A stretch of DNA of 61,320 bases from Nostoc sp. (GCA_036918135.1 JBALDB010000034.1:1-61320); one strand, 5' to 3'; counted from the stretch's first letter, positions 48,913 to 58,572 are shown. The notes: generated from the letters alone by a model not told the origin. Translations and numbers: made by a program.

Positions 48913-49500
48913 ATGTCCAAGATCAATGGTTGCTGGTGCTGGTTTTTCGGGTTAGCGATTTTGATGAATAGTACGTTGACATCTATCTCTATCCTTGCTC
49001 AAGAAGTTAATTTAGAAGAAGCGAAAGCTCGTACCAATTCTAGTTTTAGACCAGAAATTAATAAACCTAAGATATTTAGAGTTTATCCGTCATTAGAATT
49101 TGACAGTCCTTGGAAGCTTGTGAATAGAACAGCATGGTTCGTACCCAATCAGGGGTGTTCTAGTTTCCCTTTATTCATCATCACAGGACGTGGCAGAATG
49201 CCGCCCAGTCCTACCGAACCATTAATTGGTGATGCGATAATGGTCAATTGGATAACGCTTGAGACAAAGGATGAAAATCGGGCTGACAATACTCATAACA
49301 AAAGGGCAGGGTCGCAAACAAACACTGAAAATAATTTTTTACAAAAGGTTAATCTTGTCAATCCGCCTACTCAAATTGTGGAAGCCCAGGGGTGGGTAGT
49401 GGATGCTAATCGCAATGTGTTTCTGGTCGCTCAAACACCAACTGTCAAATTCCACGGCTCCTTATTCACCTCTATAACTTGTCTTAACCCTAAAAATTAG
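48913..49500 (+). CDS. Shortened filamentous-haemagglutinin/S-layer-family exoprotein
   Basis: Signal-like N-terminus plus FIITGRGxxPPSP and IVEAQGWV C-terminal motifs; the middle is missing. Confidence 0.55.
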   Translation: MSKINGCWCWFFGLAILMNSTLTSISILAQEVNLEEAKARTNSSFRPEINKPKIFRVYPSLEFDSPWKLVNRTAWFVPNQGCSSFPLFIITGRGRMPPSPTEPLIGDAIMVNWITLETKDENRADNTHNKRAGSQTNTENNFLQKVNLVNPPTQIVEAQGWVVDANRNVFLVAQTPTVKFHGSLFTSITCLNPKN

Positions 49501-49531
49501 ATATTACGAGACGTGATGCTTAATCTAACTT

Positions 49532-49784
49532 CTAGGAACAATTGTTCCTAGAATCAATCTCCCCATCTACGTAACCAATACCCCATTCTGGATACTGTGC
49601 AATCAGCTGCTTAACCTTGTTCCACAATCCAACATCTTCCCAGCACTGGGTCAAAAACTCAAACCCCGGATTATCGCCCGTCATACCGGCCAGTTTAATT
49701 TTCGCTTCTCTTTGGGGACGCAATTCTCTACGCATTGCTACTACTATGTTGTTCGCCCCAATCATGTTGAACCGAAAGAACGCT
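49532..49784. pseudogene. Fused remnants of the replication-protein C-terminus (minus) and the SWIM gene (plus)
   Basis: GDNPGFEFLTQC…YPEWGI resembles 51962-53140; YYVVRPNHVEPKER resembles YYVVRPNHPEEKQR near 57024. Confidence 0.6.
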
Positions 49785-51867
49785 ATGGTATGGGTATACC
49801 CGACAGTCTTAGCGCTATTTTAAAAACTTCTTTTGCGGCTTCACTTACAGTTGTTTTAGCTGCGGTATCACTTAATGATTGTCCCCATTTAACCAACTTG
49901 CCTAAAACTGTGGGGTCATTATCAGCTTTCGTTGCCAAGTCCTGGGCGGCTTGTTGTTGGGCTTGCTCTTGGCTATATCCTTGAGTTTGCAGTTGAGTCA
50001 AAAGCTGTTGAATATCTGCGGCAGCTTCAGTAAGGTTTTGTTTTAACGAATAATCAATATTTGATGAGTAATCATTTAAAGTTCCGCCTATCGTAGTGCC
50101 TTCATCTCCTGAAAAACCACCACCAAATTTCGGATTATTCAGGTTATACTTGGATGCTTCTGACATTGTATTTTCTTGATTGTTATAGGTTTCTGCATTA
50201 ACGCTATGTTTTTCAATAGCTGTTTTTAGTGCTATCTCAATTTTTTTGTCTAATAAACTAATTGTGTTATCTTTTTCTTTTAGTAATTCTAATAAAGATT
50301 CTGGTGGTAAAGATATAAGAGTGTCGTAACTCTTAAAATATTCAGCATGTAATTCCGAGTGATTAGCGGTTGTTGCTGTTTCAGCTTTAATTAAAAGTTT
50401 ATTTTTATCAACTCCACGTTTTTCTACCACCACAGGTTGAATTTCTGCTTCTGGATTATTTTCGATTAACTGGTTTAAAGCAATTTGGATTGCACGAAAA
50501 TTAACTTCTGTGTTGTGGTATAGGTCTAGAGTTTTGACAATGGGAGCAATATATTCTGTAAATTCATCCTTCTCAAAGTTTTTATTCCAATCATCTGGTT
50601 TACGGCATCGATTTGGGTTGTCTTTTGTTTCTAATCGCATGAAGATGTAATCACACTTCACCTGATTGAGTTTAGTTTCACCAGTAATACCCCAGTCCTC
50701 TATAGTTGCTCCAGTGAGGATAGCACCTGTAAAGTCAGTAGCATCTAGCTGTGTTTGCACCAGCTTTACTCTAGATAAATCAGCCGCTTGCAAATTAGCT
50801 TCACTGAGATCAGCACCAATAAAGCTAGCATCTGCTAAGTTTGCTGCTTTTAAGTTGATACCCCGCAAAATTTGACGAGCAAAGTTTTTGTCCTGTCCTT
50901 GTCCTGTAACCAACAGTTGACGCACTTTTTCGTTTTGCAAATAAGTTGAACCAGGACGAACACGGTCAAGCATTTTAGCTTGATGCCAACAGCTACAGAT
51001 AAGAATAGTGTTTCTCAAATCTGTACTTTTGAGTGTGGCTTGGGTGAAATCAGCATTGGTTAAGTTAGCACCACGAAAACTTGTGCCTCCTGTTGCAGCA
51101 AAGGCGATCGCAATGTTGCGAATCAAAGAGTGTTTTTCATCTCCTTTCATCGCTTGCCAAGCGATGTAAATGCTGAGTAACGTTCCACTGCCGGCTCCTG
51201 CGACGGCGAAGGCGACGGCTAAGGCTCCACCGATCGCTCTGGCGACGGCTAAGGCGACAGCTCCGTCGATAGCGATAGATCCAGCGACGGCTCCAGCGAC
51301 GAATCCAGCGACGGAGCTCGCTCCTGCAACGGCTACAGATCCTGCTAAAGCTCCGGCTCCTGCGACGGCAACTGCTATGGCGACAACGACAACTCCGGCT
51401 CCTGCGAAGGTTCCGGCTCCTACGAAAGCTCCGTCTCCGGATCGGGCGACAGCGACAATAACGGCGAAAGCAACAGCGAATGCGACAGAGAAGACTCCAG
51501 ATCCTAAACCAGCAGCTAATCCTTGGCGAATTATGAGAAAGAAAAAGGCAATTAATAGGATTAGGGTAATCCAGCTGATAGTTTGATTGTCTGAGTTGGG
51601 CTTAATAAATATTAATGACACCACATAACCGTTAAAAGCCCATAAAAATCCTGACACTCCCGACAACAGCCACGAGACAAGGACTAGGAAAATTGCCCAA
51701 CGCTTTTGCAGTCCAGCAGTAGCATGACTAAAGCTTGCTCCTGTCAGATTAGCCCCGCTAAAGTTTGCCCCTCGAATGTCAGCATAGCTAAAGTTTGCAC
51801 CCGTAAGGTCTTTTCTACCTTTGAAATTGCGTCCACGAAGATTTTGACCGGAAAAATCTAAAGCCAT
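49783..51867 (-). CDS. Pentapeptide-repeat membrane protein
   Basis: A(D/N)LxxA repeats flanking an Ala/Gly/Val-rich hydrophobic region; C-terminal NLTEAAADIQQLL domain. Confidence 0.88.
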   Translation of the reverse strand: MALDFSGQNLRGRNFKGRKDLTGANFSYADIRGANFSGANLTGASFSHATAGLQKRWAIFLVLVSWLLSGVSGFLWAFNGYVVSLIFIKPNSDNQTISWITLILLIAFFFLIIRQGLAAGLGSGVFSVAFAVAFAVIVAVARSGDGAFVGAGTFAGAGVVVVAIAVAVAGAGALAGSVAVAGASSVAGFVAGAVAGSIAIDGAVALAVARAIGGALAVAFAVAGAGSGTLLSIYIAWQAMKGDEKHSLIRNIAIAFAATGGTSFRGANLTNADFTQATLKSTDLRNTILICSCWHQAKMLDRVRPGSTYLQNEKVRQLLVTGQGQDKNFARQILRGINLKAANLADASFIGADLSEANLQAADLSRVKLVQTQLDATDFTGAILTGATIEDWGITGETKLNQVKCDYIFMRLETKDNPNRCRKPDDWNKNFEKDEFTEYIAPIVKTLDLYHNTEVNFRAIQIALNQLIENNPEAEIQPVVVEKRGVDKNKLLIKAETATTANHSELHAEYFKSYDTLISLPPESLLELLKEKDNTISLLDKKIEIALKTAIEKHSVNAETYNNQENTMSEASKYNLNNPKFGGGFSGDEGTTIGGTLNDYSSNIDYSLKQNLTEAAADIQQLLTQLQTQGYSQEQAQQQAAQDLATKADNDPTVLGKLVKWGQSLSDTAAKTTVSEAAKEVFKIALRLSGIPIP

Positions 51868-51961
51868 GTTCCACTTTACAGAGGTGAGCAAATTTTACTA
51901 CACGCTCACCGCTTTCAATTCAGGAATTCTCAGATATTGCAAATTTCTTGCATGAGAATAG

Positions 51962-53140
51962 TTACCAAACTTTTTGCAATCCCATTCGTTTGAGTTGAAT
52001 CTTCAACACTGGGTCACTAAGGCATTTTTGTAGGAATTCGTCGGGTGGACATTCACCAATCAACGCATAGGATTTAAGCCTCCAAAGCCGCTCTTGTCGC
52101 AACTTAGAATTTTGACTAAAATCTTGCGGGACTGTGGAGTAATCTGATAACTTAATACCCCACTGCGGGTTGTTGGTAATTGCACCCATGAGTGACCGTG
52201 CATGAGGTGTTTTTAACACGATTGCGATCGCCTCAATAGATGGGCAAACTCCCTGATTTGCAGCATCTAGAATATCTAATATCTCGGTGTTTGTAAGAAT
52301 TTTTAAAGGTGGCACGGATGGCGCGGCGGAACAAGCGTCTTCAAGACAGTCTCTCACCTCAACACCACAATCCTTGTCTTCATTTAACAACGAAGCGGAT
52401 TGACTTGGTGCATCATCTACTCTTCGTCGCGTCGTACAGTCCGTTACCGTAGGTAACTCTTCTGGCTCTGACACGCTCTCGACAAGTGGAGGCGATGCGC
52501 CCCCAAAGGGCGCGTGAGCCGTCTCCTCACCTTGAAAAATTGTGGCTTGCGCGTCAGAGCCACACATCAAGAACTCTTTTGAAGAGTTCTTGAGGTGTTC
52601 TTGAGAAGTTCCTGAGAGGTTCTGAAGTTTAATCCCAGCAATAGTTTCAAGGTTCGCCCCGGCACTGTCATTGCCGCCCTCGGCTCTGCGACTGCCGATA
52701 GAGGTGCCGTCAATTCCGATTCCGGTATTATCATTGCCTAAGTTGGCACTGTCATTGCCGCCCTCGGCTGCATTCATTACGCCTTGTTTCCAGTAAACAG
52801 TCCTTGAACCATGAATGTTAATCACCATAGTCTCGTAATGCTGTAACCCAGCTAGCATTCTGGTTTCTGTCTTAAAATCAAACAACCCGGCATCTCTAAG
52901 AATTTTCTTTGCACCTCTTAAATTGCGATCGCGTAGGTTGGTAGTGAGCGGCATCCATCGAGAGCCATAAGGATCTGATTTCCAACACTCACACAAAAGG
53001 CGTAGTACTGTCGGAGATTGATTTAATGCCCAGTCAAGATCAGCCGCTGGAATTGTCATGTGGGCAAGAGTACGTGCTTTAGTACCTTGATCGCGCGATG
53101 TCGTCTTGTTTACAACTGGCTTAGTCCTAGTGTTTATCAT
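51962..53140 (-). CDS. Putative phage-type replication initiator
   Basis: N-terminal wHTH-like domain, central 21-bp DNA repeats and a low-complexity linker; architecture-based call. Confidence 0.5.
   Translation of the reverse strand: MINTRTKPVVNKTTSRDQGTKARTLAHMTIPAADLDWALNQSPTVLRLLCECWKSDPYGSRWMPLTTNLRDRNLRGAKKILRDAGLFDFKTETRMLAGLQHYETMVINIHGSRTVYWKQGVMNAAEGGNDSANLGNDNTGIGIDGTSIGSRRAEGGNDSAGANLETIAGIKLQNLSGTSQEHLKNSSKEFLMCGSDAQATIFQGEETAHAPFGGASPPLVESVSEPEELPTVTDCTTRRRVDDAPSQSASLLNEDKDCGVEVRDCLEDACSAAPSVPPLKILTNTEILDILDAANQGVCPSIEAIAIVLKTPHARSLMGAITNNPQWGIKLSDYSTVPQDFSQNSKLRQERLWRLKSYALIGECPPDEFLQKCLSDPVLKIQLKRMGLQKVW
52661..52786. repeat. 21-bp-period direct repeats (iteron-like)
   Basis: GGCACTGTCATTGCCGCCCTCGGCT occurs exactly at 52661 and 52745, with degenerate units between. 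Confidence 0.7.
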
Positions 53141-53696
53141 TATTCACCACCAAGCTGTGTTGTTTTTTGTGGCACTCATCACATAGAGTGATTAAATCCT
53201 CTAAATGCTCATGCTCTTTCCCGTGATTTTTGTAAGTTAGATGATGTACTTGTAAGTGTGAAAGTGTGTTACAGCATTGGCATTTGAATTCATCTCTTTC
53301 AAGTACTTGTTGACGAACACCTAGCCAGTATTCGCTTCTAAGAAATTTTTCGTACCCAGTAGGCTGTCCCCAATAGGATTTTCGGCGTGAACCATGCAAG
53401 TTTATGGTCATCCAATGTTCGGTTTGTCTGCCATCTTTGACAGATTTCTTAGGTATGAATAAAAACAAATTTTGTTCTTGGATGACTTTTCTTGCAGCAC
53501 GAAAAGCACTGTCGCTAAGGACAGTAGTAATCGACATCCAACGAGATCCGTAAGGGTCTGATGCCCAGCATTCTAGCCATAGTTGGTTAACTGAAGGCTT
53601 TTGTTTCATAGCCCAAAATAGGTCTTCAGTAGCAATGATGGCGTGCGCTTTAGTGCGTTTGCGATCGCTCGATTGAACAATTTTTAAATCAGTCAT
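53127..53696 (-). CDS. HNH endonuclease fused to the same N-terminal domain as the neighbouring replication protein
   Basis: CQCC…LQVHHLTY…LITLCDECH; shared ECWxSDPYGSRWM and INxHGSR. Confidence 0.8.
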   Translation of the reverse strand: MTDLKIVQSSDRKRTKAHAIIATEDLFWAMKQKPSVNQLWLECWASDPYGSRWMSITTVLSDSAFRAARKVIQEQNLFLFIPKKSVKDGRQTEHWMTINLHGSRRKSYWGQPTGYEKFLRSEYWLGVRQQVLERDEFKCQCCNTLSHLQVHHLTYKNHGKEHEHLEDLITLCDECHKKQHSLVVNNDKH

Positions 53697-53738
53697 ATTA
53701 TTTGTTGTTGGATTGACAAAAAGCGCAGTGGTAGTTAA

Positions 53739-54497
53739 TTATGCCTGTGCCCAAAACCTTTGCAATGACACACGTTTAGCCGTCTCTATCAACTGTTTTT
53801 CTGCTTCTGGTACGTCGTTTATCAAATGCTCAATCTCAGCCCGTTCTAATTCCCTATTTGCAGCTGGTAACGCTTTGACAACAACATCATTACCAGGATA
53901 AAAACCACGATTGCGATACAAGTATTTAAAATGTCGCTTATCTTGCGGTGGCAGTGTTGCCCACGCATTTGCGTCCCAACCTGGGGGAATAAAGTCAGCT
54001 CTCAGTGGTAGCAGGTTTTGTACTTGAGATTGCAAGAGTGCGATCGCTTTACCCTGTTCCTCAATTACTCGGTTTTGCTGTTCAAACTTCTCCAGTAGTT
54101 GACCAAGTATTTCTGGCCCTAACTCTGCCTCACGGGTTCTAAGTGCGAAGTAGTTTTGTGCAGCTGCTATTTCTGGTTTTCGCGGATCGCCGTTCATTGC
54201 TACCAAATAACAAGCGTGACGAGAAAGCTTAAAATCTTTCAGCGTTTCTCGAAATGCTTGAGAGTCGCCAATTTGCGCCATTTGGACAACGTTGTCCAAA
54301 TGGCAGGATTCATCTAACCCAGAATTCTTGATACTGATTTTTGCTCTTTCAACTACGTCTTTGATTCTTTTCCAAGTTTTATATCCCAGAAGGGTTAACA
54401 ATTCAGTTGCTAGCCAATACTCAATACCGTCTGCATCAATAAGTCTTATTTGGTCAAACGGGTTTATTTCGTCAGACAACAATGCAATTTCCGACAT
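53739..54497 (-). CDS. BRO-N/DinD-like protein (antirepressor-like)
   Basis: EYWLATELxxLLGY…LSRHACYLVAMNGDPRKPEIAAAQNYF. Confidence 0.85.
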   Translation of the reverse strand: MSEIALLSDEINPFDQIRLIDADGIEYWLATELLTLLGYKTWKRIKDVVERAKISIKNSGLDESCHLDNVVQMAQIGDSQAFRETLKDFKLSRHACYLVAMNGDPRKPEIAAAQNYFALRTREAELGPEILGQLLEKFEQQNRVIEEQGKAIALLQSQVQNLLPLRADFIPPGWDANAWATLPPQDKRHFKYLYRNRGFYPGNDVVVKALPAANRELERAEIEHLINDVPEAEKQLIETAKRVSLQRFWAQA

Positions 54498-54688
54498 ACT
54501 TATTCTCCGTATAAAATTCTCATGTCAAATCGGCTCCACATAAACGCGAAGTCATTAATTTATGAAAGGTATAGTCAAAAGTTAGATTTGATTTACATAA
54601 ACTTTAAACATTTTTCAGTGTGCTTGCTATAACACTGCTTACTGAGAAAAGACTACAAAATAAGGATATTAACCACTCAGTAACCAGC

Positions 54689-55096
54689 ATGAACTACATC
54701 AAACTATCAGTCAGCGTGTTGTCTGCCGTAACCATTTCAGCTTTAAGTTTTAGCAGTGTTGTTGTTGCCCAAAGTGCAGAAAAATTTGTCAATGTTGGAT
54801 ATGACAGTGACGGCGATGCGTACTTGTTCGACAGAACCAGTTTGCGGAAAAGAGAACCCGGATTTGGCAGTGTTCTTAAGATTTACCAGATGAAAAATAA
54901 TTTGATGACCGAATTTTTGGTTCGAGCTTCTTGCGGTGATGAAACTTTGTCGATTGTTGGCTTTAGAACTTATAGTCAAGACGGAGTTAAACTCACTGAA
55001 GACAAAGTACGACAACAACTTCAGGTTAGAACCGATAGTCCTGCAAGCCAAGCAATGGCTTATCACTGCCACGCCATTGGCGCTCGTGGTTGGTAA
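54689..55096 (+). CDS. Secreted hypothetical protein
   Basis: Signal peptide MNYIKLSVSVLSAVTISALSFSSVVVA. Confidence 0.65.
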   Translation: MNYIKLSVSVLSAVTISALSFSSVVVAQSAEKFVNVGYDSDGDAYLFDRTSLRKREPGFGSVLKIYQMKNNLMTEFLVRASCGDETLSIVGFRTYSQDGVKLTEDKVRQQLQVRTDSPASQAMAYHCHAIGARGW

Positions 55097-55141
55097 TTTA
55101 GATTAAAAACGTGGCAAAAGCATAGATGTGTTTGTAATTAC

Positions 55142-55170
55142 AACTTGTGGTAAATTCCACAAGTTTTTTT
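55142..55170 (+). terminator. Intrinsic terminator
   Basis: AACTTGTGG…CCACAAGTT plus T run, between convergent genes. Confidence 0.7.
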
Positions 55171-55172
55171 GG

Positions 55173-55481
55173 CTATGCTGGTGGGTTATTACCATTTCCA
55201 CTTTGTCTCAATAAATACTCCCAAATACGCCGAATTTCTTCTTGAAAGGACGAGCGATCGCGTTCAGCTTGTTCTCTATCAGCTTGGGCTAGCTCGATAT
55301 TATGCAAAGTTAGTTCTCTGAGGTAATCAACGTCTTCGGTCAAGTTGTCAACCTTGATTGTTAGCTGGTCAATCCTATCTGTAACTTGAGCAATGGCTTG
55401 AGTATTAGCATTTTGTTGAATTGCTACGGTAGCCAAAATCGCTTCTATCCTGTCTAATCTGTCTGGTTGATTTTGAGTCAT
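55173..55481 (-). CDS. Coiled-coil hypothetical protein
   Basis: DRLDRIEAIL…EIRRIWEYL. Confidence 0.7.
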   Translation of the reverse strand: MTQNQPDRLDRIEAILATVAIQQNANTQAIAQVTDRIDQLTIKVDNLTEDVDYLRELTLHNIELAQADREQAERDRSSFQEEIRRIWEYLLRQSGNGNNPPA

Positions 55482-55562
55482 AGAAATTTTTGGGTCTAAA
55501 AGCGCGATCGCCCTGTAAGAGAGGCGATCGCTTTTTTGTGCCGATTATTGGGATATGTGGCC

Positions 55563-55898
55563 TCATGCAGATTCCTCACTGGGCAAGAGCCACATTACCT
55601 GAGAGTTGGTTTTAGCTGTGGTGGAGCTAGAGGTTTGCGGAACTGGTGAGTCAACTTTTTGAAATTCGTCTGGCGCTTGGTTTTCATCATTGTCATCTGG
55701 CGTGAAAACTAATAAGTCGCCAGGTTGACATCTCAGTGCCTTGCAAATTCCGTTAAGCCTCTCTTCGGTTAAGCGGGGCATTAAGTCTGTCCTCCTGAGC
55801 CTATAAACAGAATTTTCATCAACTCCTAGCGCAGATGCCAAGTCTTTGTTTTTGACTCGCTTCCTTGCCATTAGCTCGTTCAACTTCCAGACAATCAC
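55563..55898 (-). CDS. Xre/Cro-CI family HTH regulator
   Basis: WKLNELMARK…DLASALGV…ICKALRCQPGDLL. Confidence 0.88.
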   Translation of the reverse strand: MIVWKLNELMARKRVKNKDLASALGVDENSVYRLRRTDLMPRLTEERLNGICKALRCQPGDLLVFTPDDNDENQAPDEFQKVDSPVPQTSSSTTAKTNSQVMWLLPSEESA

Positions 55899-55900
55899 TT

Positions 55901-56242
55901 TTATGCTGACCTCCTCCTGAACGCCAACAGTTTACCAGCAGATCTTTCCTCCTTGCGAGAACGCCTATATGCCTTTGGCAATTCGCTAGTTTCAACAGTT
56001 ATTTGATTAACAGCATTTTCATCCTGTATTGGCTCATCGTCGGAGGCGTACTCCAAAATGTCTCCAGGCTGACACTCAAGCACTCTACAGAATCTACCAA
56101 GAGCATCAAATGTAATTGACGCTGCTCTTCCCTGCTCTATTTTTTGAATGTTCTGCAAGCTATACCCAGTTTTTCTTGCTAGCTCATTTTGAGAGAAACC
56201 TTTAGTTTCTCTGACACTTTTTAACTTTACAAGCACTGACAT
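55901..56242 (-). CDS. Xre/Cro-CI family HTH regulator
   Basis: SQNELARKTG…IQKIEQG…FCRVLECQPGDIL. Confidence 0.88.
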   Translation of the reverse strand: MSVLVKLKSVRETKGFSQNELARKTGYSLQNIQKIEQGRAASITFDALGRFCRVLECQPGDILEYASDDEPIQDENAVNQITVETSELPKAYRRSRKEERSAGKLLAFRRRSA

Positions 56243-56264
56243 TACCTAACTCTTACTCCTTAAC

Positions 56265-56410
56265 GTAGCACTACTATTAGTTGGTAATCCTTCAATTGCG
56301 TAACTATAAGTAAGATAAATAATTTACCAAGTGTAGCATTACTAATGGTAATACAAAAACCTGGCTCTGGTACTTGTTAACTAATATTGGTAGCGCTACT
56401 ATTAGTAGTA
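56265..56410. promoter_or_regulatory. Three operator-like repeats in the divergent intergenic region
   Basis: GTAGCRYTACTAWTRGT at 56265, 56333 and 56390. Confidence 0.65.
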
Positions 56411-56513
56411 TAAAGCAAGGGAAACCAAGCCCAAAAACAAAAGACGACCGCCACGTTTTCTGAGGACAAGCGATCGCCTTTTGAAACCACCTCTGTAAAG
56501 GAAGTTTGTCATT

Positions 56514-57308
56514 ATGACTCATCAATTGTACACGCCAGAACAACTTCAAGCCAAGCCACTCTCTGAGTTGAAAACCATCTACAGCCAAATTGGTGCAGCC
56601 GTTGAGGTTGCTGATAAGCGTTGTAAGAGCGCTTGGGTGAATGCCATTGTCGCTCATCAGTCCTCACAAGTTCAGAAAGTCGAACAAAAGCGCACTGAAG
56701 ATGACGTAACTTTCACCGACATCGACGGGTTTTACAACTTCGAGGCCAAGGTAAACGGTGAGGTTATCGCTGAACTTTCCCACGATACTTTCAACTCAGA
56801 AAAACCCTGGTATGTAATAGTTTCAGGGGTTGAAATTTACCGCAGTTCTCTGTGGTGTGAGTCAACTGATTGGGTGAAACAGCAGTATGTAGCAGATGCA
56901 TTGTCCAAACATCAGCCGCAACAAGTTCAGGTTTTGACTACTCGTGAAGAGAGAGCCGCGACGATTGAAGTATTGGAACAGCATGGGGAAGAGTTTGTAG
57001 TCCACAACTGCGAAAACGACCATTACTATGTGGTACGTCCCAATCATCCAGAAGAAAAACAACGTTGCGAGTGCGCGGATTGTCACTACCGCTCAGTTAA
57101 GTGCAAACACCAAATAGCGGTTGAAAATTATTTAGTGCAGCAACGCTTAGAGAAATTAGTTGCAGTTACACCAAGTCCTGAAGAGTTGCTAGATAAACCC
57201 TTTGACGAACTTACTACGACTGAGTGGGAGCGGTTAAGAGAGTATTCAGCCCCAACCCAAAGCATAGAACTTGTACCCGATACAGCCGAAGTATTGATAG
57301 CAGCGTAA
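56514..57308 (+). CDS. SWIM zinc-finger protein
   Basis: CECADC…CKHQIAV. Confidence 0.75.
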   Translation: MTHQLYTPEQLQAKPLSELKTIYSQIGAAVEVADKRCKSAWVNAIVAHQSSQVQKVEQKRTEDDVTFTDIDGFYNFEAKVNGEVIAELSHDTFNSEKPWYVIVSGVEIYRSSLWCESTDWVKQQYVADALSKHQPQQVQVLTTREERAATIEVLEQHGEEFVVHNCENDHYYVVRPNHPEEKQRCECADCHYRSVKCKHQIAVENYLVQQRLEKLVAVTPSPEELLDKPFDELTTTEWERLREYSAPTQSIELVPDTAEVLIAA

Positions 57309-57365
57309 TTCAACGGGTGGGCGTTATGCCCATCCTGAAAAACTTTTCATGAACGAGGTAAGAAT

Positions 57366-57599
57366 ATGTTGAAAGTTGGAAATTTGGTGATTAACTTGAA
57401 TGCCATAGCCTACGTTGATTTAGAAGCGAAGAAAAGTTACGTCATTGAGAAAGAAAATCCTGTTTCAGGAGTCAGAGTTTACCTGAATGCACTTAACGGG
57501 CAAGGAAACCTAGAAACTTTATTTTTCAAGGGTGAAGAAGCTGAATATCTTCGCAAGTACTTTCTTTCAGTAGCGGCTTTGTGTGGAGGTGTTGAATGA
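57366..57599 (+). CDS. Small hypothetical protein
   Basis: INLNAIAYV motif; GAGG RBS; ATGA overlap with the next gene. Confidence 0.65.
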   Translation: MLKVGNLVINLNAIAYVDLEAKKSYVIEKENPVSGVRVYLNALNGQGNLETLFFKGEEAEYLRKYFLSVAALCGGVE

Positions 57600-58540
57600 G
57601 TGACCAACAAGTTCCAGGCAGTCTGGTTATTCGCAACATTGATGATTTAAGTCGTCTTTCAAATATGCTTGCTAAGTCTGCGTTTTTTGCTGATGCCAAG
57701 GAAGTTGCCCAGTGTGGCGTGAAAGTTTTGGCAGGTATGGAGTTAGGATTCGGTGCAATAGCGGCAATGACGGGAGTACACATCATCAACGGCAAGCCAT
57801 CCATCGGAGCTAACTTAATGGCGGCGGCGGTTAAGCGTAGCGGCAAGTACAACTATCGCATTACTCACCATGACAACGATGGTTGCACCATTGTGTTTTA
57901 CGAGAATGGCGAGGCGATTGGCGAAAGTACCTTTACCAGAGATGATGCTCAGGCTGCTGGTGCATTGGACGGCAAGAACGGTCACACCTGGAAGAAATTC
58001 CCCAGAAACATGATGTTTAACCGGGCAATGTCTAACGGGGTGCGATGGTATTGCCCAGACATTTTTGCTGGCAGTGTAGCTTACACACCAGAAGAATTAG
58101 ATTGTCAGGTTGACGAGGAAGGCAATACGGTTGATGTTCCAGTAGTGACAGACCAACAACCGCCGCTAACTGTAGTCCAAACAGTGCATCACGCCACTTC
58201 CTCCACTTGGGGAGACCCCAAGACCGGAGTGGCTCCACAAGACTTACGGATTAGGCAAATTCGTATGCTTTTGGATTACCCACTTGATTTAGTTAAAGAG
58301 TGGTTGCAGTTCCAAGATGTTGAGCGCCCAAGTCAGCTTGAACAAAAATTAGTTGATGAGCTCGTCAAAAACATGTGTTTAGCTTGGGCATCAAACAAAT
58401 TTGACCATTCTAACCATGCCACTAACTCTTACCAAAAGCACGTAGTTAACGTAGTTGCCCAAGGACATGACGAATTAGAGGCAATTAAACAGTGGATGCA
58501 GTATGTACAACAGCCTAGCCCTACTGAGTCTTTAGCCTAG
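57596..58540 (+). CDS. RecT/Red-beta-like single-strand annealing protein
   Basis: GMELG…VHIINGKP…WKKFPRNMMFNRAMS…RWYCPD. Confidence 0.75.
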   Translation: MSDQQVPGSLVIRNIDDLSRLSNMLAKSAFFADAKEVAQCGVKVLAGMELGFGAIAAMTGVHIINGKPSIGANLMAAAVKRSGKYNYRITHHDNDGCTIVFYENGEAIGESTFTRDDAQAAGALDGKNGHTWKKFPRNMMFNRAMSNGVRWYCPDIFAGSVAYTPEELDCQVDEEGNTVDVPVVTDQQPPLTVVQTVHHATSSTWGDPKTGVAPQDLRIRQIRMLLDYPLDLVKEWLQFQDVERPSQLEQKLVDELVKNMCLAWASNKFDHSNHATNSYQKHVVNVVAQGHDELEAIKQWMQYVQQPSPTESLA

Positions 58541-58572
58541 TTCCACCAAAACTTTACCAACAACAAAATTTT

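Noticed and set aside
51170..51586. Ala/Pro/Thr-rich plus-strand ORF
   Set aside because: Antisense of the Ala/Gly/Val-rich membrane region of the pentapeptide protein.
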